A stretch of 59,989 bases of DNA, counting the filler, from Sphacelaria rigidula (Eukaryota), in NCBI GenBank assembly GCA_964200075.2. It is 8 parts of 8 records of this genome, joined end to end, with 100 filler letters (N's around TTAATTAATTAA, not from the genome) between each part and the next. Parts side by side here need not be neighbours in the genome. Positions count along the whole stretch, not along the records: positions 7,513 to 14,924 come from CAXNAA020015048.1; positions 15,025 to 22,435 come from CAXNAA020015049.1; positions 22,536 to 29,946 come from CAXNAA020015050.1; 5 more parts are not named here. One strand, 5' to 3'. The notes under the pieces were generated by a model, which was not told the origin of the DNA, did no database searches, and saw only the letters and a list, made by a program, of their open reading frames with translations. Positions 12,548-24,064 of the stretch are shown in pieces. The position numbers and the translations under genes are program-made. Every line of letters begins with the position of its first letter. Position 1 is the stretch's first letter.

Positions 12548-14856
12548 TTACCAAGAACTGAAAAAGAAAACCCGATCCCGTCAGGAAAAAACCTTTTCAG
12601 TCACGCACAGACGTCGCAAACTCGTCTACTTTAGCAATCGAAAGCTCAAATCCTGCATATAATCAGTTCTTCGTAACCTACGCATGATCCATTTCAACAA
12701 TTGTTTGCGTCAGTCAGCACAAAATAAATAGATATATGTGTATCAATCTCAATCATTACCAGTTCCCGACTCTTCCTTGTAACAACCCAAAATCACACAT
12801 GAATGCACAGTGGACACCCTTTTCTTACTCCTCAATTTCCATGATGACATTCGAGAAACACACTCAACCTTCCAATACTCGAATATGTCAAAAACACACT
12901 ATTCTCATGGTAACAAGATGCTGTTGTCTATGTGAAATTCGATTCAACATACCGTCTACAACACGGTCTACATCAGGCAAGTGTCCACATTCAACATCTC
13001 CAGTGACCAAGATATCATTCCTCTGGACAATAACATGACTCCTCGAAATAGTATGCAAAATAAACACTGCAAAATGAAAACTTGCAGTAGTGGTGTGTGT
13101 ACCACTTTCCCTCGAGTTCGAGAACAAAATTCAAATTCAAATCGAATCAATTCAAGTTCAAATCGCTCAAACTAGAGGTATGCTCGAATACAAAAATATA
13201 TAGATTTCCCATCTGTCCCAACAAAAGAACACAATCTGCTCGTGTTTGTACCACTCTGTATCCTACAAAAAAACATTAGCCTCCCTGATGTCGACCATCT
13301 ATCAACTGCCTAGAATAGTTGATAGAACCCACATCAGTGAAAACTTGCAAGCTTGGATCCTTTTAATGTCAGAACACGAAATAAATCTCCTTCGAACCTC
13401 ATTTACTTCATAGACCCTAGAATACCCGAAGAAAATTGATGTACCAGTACACTCGTGCATTTCACAACAACTTGTACTGCTTATATCCTATCAGGAAGAA
13501 ACTCGGAACATAAAACCAAACTCTGTAAGCATTAAAAATGTTGTAACCAAAACTAGCGATTGATCAGTCCACTAAATTTCGAATTACTGATTTTTGATGC
13601 AAATTTCGCTCGTCATCCGGCCCGATAAATTCCCAAAATCGTCAAACTCATCGTCCCACTCCAAGAACATTGTCTCTTTCACAAAAATCAATCCCTGTAC
13701 ACCAAAGTTCAAGTGCATGCAAAGAAGTCCGATAAGAAGTTACTCTGCATGAACAGTACACTCACCCAAATATCAGGACGGATATTATTCCTTGAATAAA
13801 CGCCACACTGAATAGAATTTGATTTACATTACTCCGTATTAAAACGCCCCCCCCCCGATTCAATATTACATATTATTTCGAAGGGGGTATTGCTTCCAGG
13901 TAGTACATGAAAACATAAGATCGATGACCCCAGAGTCAATTATCGTGAGTTATCCTGGTGCATAGTCAGTCCCGCATGTTGAACGGCGGGTGGATAGTCA
14001 ACTGTTTAGTGACACCCAAGACTAAAAACCGTTCTACTCTCGGAAGTATACTCGAAGTTGAATCCACGCCATGTTCTTTCCGTAATTGAAAATGTCCAAC
14101 CCAAAATCCAGAGTCGGTGAATCACTTTGCCAAAAACGTTAGCGCGGATCGCAAAATATCAAATTCCCTTTTCGAAATCCATAACCGATTAATCAAATGA
14201 TCCAAAATACTCCGCCGTGGATCATCCCATCATAAGATTTTTCTCCCAAAATACTCCGCTGTGGATAACCTCATCACATGAGTTTTCTTCGTTTTTAACT
14301 ACCCGAAAAGAGAATCATGGAAGCAAATAGTCAATTCCCCCCCCATTATTTTCTTTCTCGATAATTAAAAAAATCATCGCAATCATGTGGAGGATCAAGT
14401 TTAAAAAAATCATAACCAAACTACGGAAGAACTTCGTAGGGCGTAGGCAACAAAAACTAGAACAATCGAACAAAAAAAATGCAACCACGGGACGGTACAC
14501 ATGGTTGACATGTCACGTTGCTGCGAACAACGAGACGAAAACATTCCGAATCCAATGCAAACTCCCAAAGAAATCAAATGATAAAAACCTAAATGCCAAA
14601 GCGTGTCTGGTTCCTGCCCTGGCTCCTGTCGATCTCCCCAAGCGGTTGTGTTGTCGTCGCCCAGACCGCGGTCGCTGTTTTCGGTTTGGCTCTTGCGGTG
14701 TCGCGGTCCGGGCTTCGTCATTTGTGTGCACATCCGCCTGGGTTCGAATGCAGTTGCCTCGCCATAAAGATTGGCTCGCGTCATCGGGGGCAGGTCACGC
14801 GTAGCGGTAGAAAATAGTCGCAGAGATAAGTCGTCCGTTGTATTTCACGCAAAAAT
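12548..14856 (+). repeat. copy 2 of the long direct repeat, interrupted by a transposon end
   Basis: Similarity to 7516-9922 stops immediately before CAGGGTTGCC at 14859. Confidence 0.95.
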
Positions 14857-14858
14857 AA

Positions 14859-14924
14859 CAGGGTTGCCAGAAAAATGAGAACGTATTTTGAAATGAGAAT
14901 CAACCGCTCCCCGGGATTGTGTCC
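14859..14924 (+). mobile_element. terminus of a young DNA transposon (hAT-like CAGGGTTGCCA start)
   Basis: Abrupt insertion into the 5-kb unit; 14859-14918 is the exact reverse complement of 15025-15084; internal AAATGAGAA x2. Confidence 0.65.
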
Positions 14925-15024
14925 NNNNNNNNNNNNNNNNNNNNNNNNNNNNNNNNNNNNNNNNNNNNTTAATTAATTAANNNNNNNNNNNNNNNNNNNN
15001 NNNNNNNNNNNNNNNNNNNNNNNN
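14925..15024. other. artificial contig spacer
   Basis: N44-TTAATTAATTAA-N44. Confidence 0.98.
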
Positions 15025-15084
15025 AATCCCGGGGAGCGGTTGATTCTCATTTCAAAATACGTTCTCATTTTTCTGGCAACCCTG
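15025..15084 (-). mobile_element. terminus of the same DNA transposon family, independent copy
   Basis: 60/60 identity with 14859-14918 on the opposite strand. Confidence 0.65.
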
Positions 15085-15300
15085 TTTATTGTTTGTCGAC
15101 GACTAATCTCATTTTCTATATTCACATACATATACTCTGAACTCTTTCTCCTGCGGTACCACGAACCTGCACCCTTGAACGATAGTGTGTGCATGAGGAG
15201 TGATGATACAGATGGCATGAGGAAGAGGTGGGTAAACCTTCGCTGAAAGCCCGCATGTAGATTCTCAACAGCAGCTGTCATGAGGAGCATATTAGCCTGT

Positions 15301-15770
15301 TGTCATGCCGCCTCAGACCCGTTGACGGGTCTAGCTAGAGTGCATGGCATCCCAGATCATTTCAAGACTGCAGGTCTGTTCAGAGTTGGTCAGATACGAG
15401 TATGAGCTCGTATATAGCGAGGGATGATAGTCGATGGGGCCGCCTTTGGTGATCACATCGCTTCATCCCGACAAGGAGACTCTCACATCTTCGGTGAGAC
15501 TGATGGATTGAGCGAGAGATATTGAGCACTGATAACACTTGGGAGATCAAGGAATTAAGCAATCAAGAAGAGATAGTATAAAACCTACGCGTGAAACTGA
15601 TTTGATACCCCGGATACAGAGCACTGTCAGCATCGTCTGGTACGCTGCAGAATTGTTCTTTGCCTCTTAGCTGGTGGGCCAGGCCTCTTGTTTGGTCGTC
15701 CTGCCTTGCCAGTAAGGCGTGTTTACCGTACGCCCGGCTAATCCCCATTACACTGGCGTTTGACTAAGGA
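15301..15770 (+). mobile_element. candidate LTR (15301-15752) and primer-binding site
   Basis: TGTCATG...CATTACA short inverted termini, internal TATAAAA, then C-TGGCG; no second LTR in the contig. Confidence 0.25.
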
Positions 15771-16567
15771 GTCTCTCCTTTTGACATTGCGTTTCCCCTT
15801 TAGAATAGGCTGTTCTCTCTGTCGCATCTGGTGCGCGAGGTCCCACCCGACACGTTTGCAATTCCCGGTCTTCGTTTTGTTGGGTAGTCAATTCTACCCA
15901 GCTGGGTAGTCATTTGGTGGCTACTGTTCAAAGCTTCTCCCTCCGTGTGTTACTCTGTGTATTCTGCTTGCGACCTGCGACTTTTTCTATTTGCTACAGC
16001 TTTTGTCCGCACGCATTGTTACACGCTCTGTCAATTGCGACGCGAACGCGTCAATCAACCCATCTTGCTGTGCATCATTCGCCAATCCGTGCTTGCACAA
16101 AATAGATCTACGGTCGCCCGTGTAGAGAGAACCCCACACTCAGGCATCACTGGCTCGAGTACATTGCCCTGTTGCCCGTTCTTTCAGACAGGAGAACGTT
16201 CCCCTATAACATTGTTACAGGAACACCGCGTAGGGTGCATTGTTGTGCCAGCAGCTCATCCTGGCGGTTTTCGCACCTCGGTATTGCCTGTTCACGGTGT
16301 TTTCGCGTTTTTACACGGCCCCGTTCGTAACAGACGCCAATTCGTCTCCCAGGCGACTTCAAGAACTGTCCACGGGACTTGTACCCGATCTGGGATCCTT
16401 GCTGCGTCGCAAGCGGTGCCAACGTTTGACTAGTTTTCTTGCCCTTTCAGTATGCTTCGCACATCTTTTGAGCAGCGCCGTACAATCACAAACGCGATCA
16501 TTGAATTGCACAGCTCAGACAGCTGTGACATTTTCCACGTTGACCATCTCTCGGCTGAAACTTTCGG

Positions 16568-16990
16568 CGACACAGTGTTGACTGAGTGAAGAGTTTTCCC
16601 TGCTTTCACCGGCACATTGTTTTCCAGAGTATAGACAGCAGGCTGTCCTCGTTTCTACGTGTTTGATTTTGTGCCGCGACACAGTGTTGACTGAGAGTGC
16701 AGAGTTTTCCCTGTTTTCACCGGCACATCGTTTTACAAATTATAGACAGTAGGCTGTCCTCGTTTTTACCTGTTTGACTTTGCGCTGCAACACAGCATTG
16801 ACTGGGTGTAGAATTTTCCCTGTTTTCACCGACACATCGTTTTACAGAGTGCAGACAGTAGGCTGTCCTCGTTTCTACCTGTTTGACTTTGCGCCGCTGC
16901 ACAGCATTTGACTGAGTACAGAATTTTCCCCGCTTTTACCGGCGCATCGTTTTACAGAGTACAGACAGTAGGCTACCCCCGCCTCTACGA
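16568..16990. repeat. ~109-bp tandem repeat x4
   Basis: CACAG..TTGACTG...TTTTCCCTG.TTTCACCGGCACAT...AGACAGTAGGCTGTCCTCGTTTCTAC units start at ~16568, 16677, 16788 and 16896. Confidence 0.92.
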
Positions 16991-17397
16991 TAAACTAATT
17001 ATCGAAAAGTATAGTCTTGCGGCTCGTACTGTGGTGTCTTGAATTACTGCATCACATCATTGTTCCCTAATTGGAACACCCCTTTGGGTACGAGCGCCCT
17101 TTCTTCTCTTCGGTGACACACTACTGCCCTGCATTTTACGTCAGGACACTCGTGACACCGACCACACCTATATTCCTTCTGTCGTTTAGCTACTTGCCCT
17201 TATAGATCGCGCCAAATAGTCCTCATAACTGTTCTGAATTTTTTAGAACCGTGGATAATTACGTCGCAACCCATTAGCCCTGCTTCCTCTCCCGGTTCGG
17301 GAGGCACACGGCCCCGCCGTATACAAAGCCAAACTATTAACCGTTCTCGCCACATGGGCAAAGGCGGTGCTTCACCCCCAACTCTACCACAACAACC

Positions 17398-17700
17398 TAA
17401 GAGCGCTGCTCTATTGACGAGACTTGAAGACCAGCAGCCTGCAAAGCCACGACTGCATAACGACGTACCATTCCGTGGCGGGCCGACATAAGGCGCTGCT
17501 CTACCTACGGGACTTGAAGACCGCCGGACTGACTGCAAAGTCAAAAGTGCCCCACGACGTACCATTCCGTGGCGGGTCATTGCGGTTGCAACGCCCATGT
17601 CCCACGATGTAACATCCCGTGACGATTCGCTACCGGCTGCGGCTGCAACGCTCCTGTTTCACGATGTAACATTCCCTGACGATTCTATACCGGCTCGTGC
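17398..17700. repeat. two adjacent duplications (~90 bp x2 and ~57 bp x2)
   Basis: GCGCTGCTCTA...GACTTGAAGACC...ACGACGTACCATTCCGTGGCGGG twice; CACGATGTAACAT.CC.TGACGATTC...TACCGGCT twice. Confidence 0.8.
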
Positions 17701-19442
17701 TGAATCATCCCCCTCACTGAGGAATGCTTCCACGAATGCCGTTCTGGGATTCGCGGCTGAGATGGCGCCCGCAGTTGAGCCCATAGCGATGAGTCCCCAT
17801 CTGGCGCGCAGTTCGGAGACAATTAACCTTTCTCCGTCCCAGCCGAAGCGGCACGCTTCTGCCCTTCGAAATACTGCTACGAGCGTTACTTCTGTTGGAA
17901 GTTCTCACCCCACGTCCTCTGGTTGTCCGACGCGCCGTACTCCGTCATCTGGGCCCAGAACCATGGTTGAGGCAATGATTTTGACACTTCAGAACTCAAC
18001 CCAGGCTTCACCTGGCTCCGCTAACGATCCTGGCACAAATCTTGCCATGGCACTCAAGACGTTCTACGGTGCCATGATACTTGTCCGCGGGGCTCAAACT
18101 ACAGAAATTGCCGCCGCACGTAATGACCCCACAGTCGCCATTGCGCGGTATGTACAACCCCTGAGAGAAAAGCCAGGATAGCGATAATTCTCGTCCATCT
18201 CCCGCTCCCTACGGAATCGAGGCCCGTGCCTAACATCACCATAACTCGACGCGGCGTGTCAGGCATGACAACGACAGCCATTCTCCCGGGGGTAGCCCAA
18301 GACACAGTCGTTAATCCTCACGTGGTTCTAGGAAATCATCCCGCAATAGCCACACAAGTGGTCATACTCCGTTCATTCGGCACTCTCAGCGCCGAGAACA
18401 AATAAGTAATGACCACACTGTGCATGCGGACGACGTGAGAAATATCCTTTCTGACCTAACATTGGACCCAGCTTCCTCGATAGGGAAAGCTAGCGGAAAT
18501 TTGTTTTATGAGCCCCGCCGCCATCATAGACGAGCTCGAGCTAACCGTGATGCCCCACGCCGCTCTGCTGCTGATGCCGCCACTATCAGTTTGCTACAAC
18601 GACAGATTTCTGATCTGCACCGTGTCATCAAACAGATCATGGACTCATCCAAGACTTCGCCCACCATTTCTTCGGTAACCACTGCGGCAACTACTGCTGC
18701 CCCTGCCGCGGACGCTCCTGCTCCGGCTACTCCCGTAGTCGCCGCAAGCGCCGCAGTGGCGCCTTCAGCCGCTGCGACGGCCGCCGCTGCCGCTGCCGCC
18801 GTCAGCGGTGAACATCCTAATGACAGGTCTCCGGACGCTGTGACTGCCGCCCCTGCTGTCGTCACTACGACCGTTGGCGGCGCCCCCACGACTGATAGGT
18901 CCCCGAGCAAGCCACACTCTCTGCCGCCGCTCACAGCGGAGTTCTGCCCAGCGGGATATTTTGTGTGCCTCCTCCTGGAACATAACAGAGCCACGCAGGA
19001 GGATATCATCACTCGTTACCGAGCCGCCACCGCGGTGCCAGCCCTGCCGGTCACCACTCCGACGCCGAATCTTACGGCGACCGCCCCGGCACCGACATTG
19101 CAAGACATGCCAAACGCCAGCGCTGCTGACGAAAACGCAATTCGCCTCCTCCGGGAGGAATTTACCGCGCGGCAGGCTAACCTGCAACGCAACATCAACA
19201 CCGCCACCGCCGCTCACTCCGCTGCCCTTCGGGCTCACGTAGAACACCAATCGATTGTAGCAGCCAGTCAACGAAAGACTGAGGAGCTGGCGGCCCACAT
19301 TAATCGGGCCGCTGAGCACACTGCGTCCGCGGCGACCATAGTATCCGACCATCAGGCCGCTCGGGCTCGCGCAACGTCGCTTCAGGCTTCTTCTGTTACG
19401 GACAAACGGTATAGTAGTCTCTCTTGCATGTCCGTGCACTAG
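17597..19442 (+). pseudogene. decayed long intronless ORF, Ala/Thr/Pro-rich with coiled-coil (gag-like or unknown TE protein)
   Basis: ORFs 17597-18181 (194 aa) and 18420-19442 (340 aa; ISLLQRQISDLHRVIKQIM, AIRLLREEFTARQANLQRNI) separated by a stop-containing stretch; no recognisable catalytic motif. Confidence 0.4.
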
Positions 19443-20758
19443 TTCGTTTTTACTACTGTCGCAATTGTTATGGTTACCATGATCGCTGCTCAAGCACTGT
19501 GATGACGGATCTTCACAAGACGGGGGCATAAAGTGAAATTTCCTACTTCAACCAATCATGCGGCATATTCATCCATGTGCAATACAGTATGCAATGATTT
19601 GTACGTACTCGCTCACCATTTATCGCAGGGCAAAACAGTTTTCCAGCACAAGGGATGATCAGTTTAACAAGGAACAGCTCATCCTGAATGTCAGGGTGTC
19701 TTGATCTCAGCTTCAGGATCGATTCAGTTTCTCTCTTTCAGTGGCACTTTTGAATCTCATGTCTCAGGCCACTTCGTTCCCTTTCATAGGAGTAAAAACC
19801 AGGAGGCCGGCTTTCACCGATTCTGAAAGAACCGAGTTCAAGCCGGATGTAAAGAGGCATGTTTATGTAACCGTCTTTGTACGGGCTCAAACATCCTCCC
19901 CCCTGACTGCGGCACATTGCCAGTTCCCGCAGTCAGCCCTCCGAGACTTTTCCATCAGACTAGATGGGCATATCATTGTACTGCCCTTCCTCCATGTATG
20001 CCGCGCGATCCATAACACCCCCCCTCAGGCCTAGGGTTGACAAACCCTGGGGCTGAACGTAGTTCGACGATGGATCGCCGCGTTACCATCTTCCTCGTCC
20101 TCGAGTATTCGGCGTTGGTTTCGTGTAGCCGTCCATCTTAGTCCGTTTTGCCGAGTTGGACCACGTAGGGAATTTAAACACCGTGCAGAACAATCCGAAA
20201 CAGTCTTGGCAACTCCCGCTCTTGTAGATCTCTCTGCCGGGTTACACCAGATAGGCAATTTAAACACCGTACAGAAACGATCCCATCCAGTCCGGAAAAG
20301 CTCTTGATCTTGTTGACCGCTCTGGGCTGTCCGTAAACCGTTTGCGGATCTTGGTACATCGGGGAATCTACCGCGCAAAAGAGCCCCTTTCTGCTCGAGA
20401 TGGTGCATCAGATGGACGTTGCCTAGTCTGCGGTTGATATCATTCCCACAAGGCATGAAACACATCCAACTGTAACGCAGTATATTACAATCTCCATGAT
20501 TCAATAGTCACGAGGGCGGTGTCCGAAAGAAACATTCTCAGTCATCAGCAGCGTGAGAAACGATGGAACCAGTAACATGAATAGCAGCGCTTCACCAGTA
20601 TAACGATAGCGAACAAGACAAATAAAGGGGAAGGAGAACGAAGGGGACAGCAATATAATCGGACAAAACAGGTCCACGCGTGTGCATTTGGCCAGGGTAT
20701 CACGTGTCGGGGACAGCCAGGTAAAAATTCATGGACTCGCGAGAAAATTCTGACTTCA

Positions 20759-21106
20759 TATCAACCTGTTTGGACAGCATGGGAAAATCCTGGCCGCTTG
20801 TCAACCTGTTCGGACAGCATGGGAATGCCTGGGTGCCTGTCAACCTGTTCGGGCACACCTGGGGAAATCCTGGCCCCCTGTCAACCTGTTCGAAAACATA
20901 TGGCAATTCCTGGATGCTTGTCAACCTGTTCGCGCGCACAAGGGAAACTTTTGGTCCCCTGTCAACCTGTTCGCACGCGCAAGGGAAACTCCTGGTCCCC
21001 TGTCAACCTGTTCGAAGACATATGGGAAATCCTGGATTTCTGTCAACCTGCTCGCGCGCAAAAGGGAAACTCCTGGCCCCCTGTCAACCTGTTCGAAAGC
21101 ACATGG
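20759..21106. repeat. 39-41-bp minisatellite x9 with near-invariant TGTCAACCTGTTCG core
   Basis: TCAACCTG at 20761, 20801, 20840, 20881, 20921, 20962, 21003, 21043 and 21084. Confidence 0.95.
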
Positions 21107-22435
21107 CCTTGACATCTTGAGCCTTCGTCCTCGCCCATTTTCCTGTATGCAATCAAATCCTGCTTGTTCGCTGTATGGTGCAAGCATATATATATATATA
21201 TATATGGTTTATACAACCTTGTCGTTCATCCATTCGATGTCCGACTTGTATGTTGGCAACTTGCATAGTCTCCACGATAAACGCACAAGTCGTTCATTAC
21301 AAATCAACAACTTTCATCAGACTATTTCCGGTGTAAATCTCGGCAAAGGAATGTGTGGAACCCATGGACTCCCAAGACCAGAAGAATGTAGCTCTACCCT
21401 CGGGACGGTCATAGCGCGCAGACAGGTAGACGGTCATCTTCGAATTGATTGTCGGAGTGTGCACGAGTAAAGACGGTCAACGGGAACTGACGGAGCATCC
21501 GCCTGGTGGCCTCATGCCAATACATTAGCATGCAGCTTCACTCATAGCTGGTCAATCATTGTGGATCTGGGTTGATTATCACACTCATGAGTAGCTACAT
21601 AGAAATTGGCAGGCGGGCACCGACAATAATGGTTGACGAAACACTGTTGCAGGCTTCATGCAGTCCTGTGATCCACCGCTGCGGGTAATATTAATCAAAT
21701 ATTGGTATTTCAGTAGTGCACCTGGAAACAAACATCCATATATTTACAGTCGAATGGTAAGCTATAAGTACATGGTTGGGTTTGATCTCTTAGAATCGAA
21801 ACAACTTCACATAACTCTCCATTCGTTTTACGCATGCATGGCTCGCATAATCTCTTTGAAGATATCTACCAAGGGCGCAAAAGATCAAACAGGGCGAGCC
21901 ACGCAGAGGTTACATCCATTTTCCATGACACTATAGCATTTCGAGCATTAATGATTTGCCTCCCCTGACCAGGGGGTAGCGTAAATACCTCATGTTTCGT
22001 TCATTCAAGCCCCTCCATTTCCGTTCACGGCTAATCGGCTTACATGATACCGTGCCTGTTGGCATGTATGCAGACAGGATGACATTACGGTTACACAAAC
22101 AGATTTTCGTGCATTAGCGGACGGCAGCGTAACAATGCCATTCTCTATCAGTTGCATACACGGTCATGTATGAGGTGCGGTTATTAGATGCACACGGAAA
22201 CAATCACCCATATATTGAAAGTCGTGGAGTAAAGTCAAAACACATGATTGGGTCTGATTTCTTCAAAATCGGAGCAGACATCACATAGCCCCGAAGTTCC
22301 CAAGCATGTATGACTCGCCCATACCCGACACTTTCTACGATAGCCCCCCCCCCCAAAAAACCAGCTAAAAGTGTCACGAAAAAAATGGCCATATAGCGCC
22401 TGATGTCCGGGTTCAGGCTGCATGAAGCGCCTCAT

Positions 22436-22535
22436 NNNNNNNNNNNNNNNNNNNNNNNNNNNNNNNNNNNNNNNNNNNNTTAATTAATTAANNNNNNNNN
22501 NNNNNNNNNNNNNNNNNNNNNNNNNNNNNNNNNNN
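22436..22535. other. artificial contig spacer
   Basis: N44-TTAATTAATTAA-N44. Confidence 0.98.
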
Positions 22536-22553
22536 AAAACGTTGTTTGTGACG

Positions 22554-22640
22554 GTGACGGTTCAAAGACAACCAACTAGACTACTGACCAGTCAGCGCTG
22601 ACTGATCAGTAGTCTAGTTGGTTATCTCTTAAACCGTCAC
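22554..22640. repeat. 87-bp near-perfect loopless palindrome
   Basis: GTGACGGTT...AACCAACTAGACTACTGACCAGTCAGC|GCTGACTGATCAGTAGTCTAGTTGGTT...AACCGTCAC. Confidence 0.92.
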
Positions 22641-23832
22641 ATGTTACATGCACCTCATGTATCTTTCGACGGTTTAGTATCTTTTTTTGAGTACAAGTCA
22701 AGCGTTACTTTGCTTGTTGTGCATTTCGCTGCCGCGTGTCTGAACAAACCGGCCAGAAAGTTGGCACAGACGTTGACCACAACACAAACAGCATATTCCC
22801 GGATCGGTGGCACGTTTTACGTGGTGCGGCTCATTTATTTTGTTCGTAAGAGTTGGCCTTGAGAGTATTCTTTTTGATGGATATTATTGATGTTGCGTCT
22901 TTCTTCTCAATTTCAATATGCCGCATGCAACCTTTTCACTTTTTGCCTCCGTAATACTTACTTACGATCCCCATCAAATTTCAAGCTCAACCCTCGAAAC
23001 TCAGGAGGGAAATCCAGGATCACATCTGGGGCCGGCCCACCCAGCTCGTAGTATGACAGGAGAAGGTTTGTTTTCCTGTATTTTTTCACCGTAGAATAAT
23101 TGCAGCAGCCTCAGCCTCGTAACGTGGAGGCTGTTGTTCTTTCGAGACTTCCCCGAATTCGGGGAAAATAATACTCCCTACTCGAAAAAAGTTCAGCGGA
23201 TTTCTTGGGAAATTCAAGAATTCAAGACTTTATGCCTACCACATGATGATGCTGCTCGGAAAGTGTAGCTATCGGATTTTGTCGTATTTCTCTTTTCTGT
23301 GAGTCGGGACTGTTTATTCCCCAAGGTTTCCCGCAAAAAAAGTCTAACGAGACTACTACGAGTATGCATTTTCTTGCCTCTACACATCATGTATGTCGTG
23401 AACCCAACAGCCACGGAGGACGTCACCCTACCTTAGCCCTTACCCCCTCTCAATGATTGATCGAGCAGCAGGGACTTGCTTAAAATCTTCATGTCCTGAT
23501 AGCGAGATGGCGTTGCCGCTGGCCACGGCACAAGTACTCAGTATATTTATAGCGCGCGGATTATGCGTGCGTGGTGAGGAAAGTTCGGCGGTTTTCTCCT
23601 GTAAGGCGTCGCCTCTCCAGCAAAAATGACTATTCCAAACCCCTGGTGCGGTGACGCATAAATAATCGTGGAGGGATGATTGAGGGGTACAGTTCGCGCC
23701 TACTGTACACAACGATGTAGAAGACACCCGACGCAACCGTTGCATGTTTCTCCTGTATCGTCCTCACGTTTTTTTGTCGAAGATTCCGCGTGTCGTCGCT
23801 GCACGTATCCCTCCATAAATGCACCGAGTCGA

Positions 23833-24064
23833 GTTAACCCTTGGACCGCGGTGCGGGTAGTCCATCTGGATCATGCATATTTTTTTCAAGTGAATATTGA
23901 TGCCGATTCAACAAGCGATCTACCGTCGCGGTCAAAGGGTTGTTGACCCTGTGACCGCGATGCGGGTAGTCTATCTCTGGAATATAGTTCAATAACTTTA
24001 AAAGTACCTTTCGCAAGTGAAATTGATGCCGATTCAGCACGTGACCTACCCTCGAGGTCCAATG
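23833..24064. repeat. two tandem ~110-120-bp units, each with inverted termini
   Basis: GACCGCGRTGCGGGTAGT...CAAGTGAA(T)ATTGATGCCGATTCA...CTACCSTCGMGGTC occurs twice. Confidence 0.7.

Noticed and set aside
14859-15084. Single TIR transposon spanning the gap
   Set aside because: No TSD, the right flank does not resume the interrupted repeat, and the spacer is an artificial join
19394-20577. Solo LTR (TGTTAC...GTAACA)
   Set aside because: No matching TSD and no second copy in the window
20759-21106. CRISPR array
   Set aside because: The constant part is only ~14 bp, the 'spacers' are homologous to each other, there are no cas genes, and the context is eukaryotic
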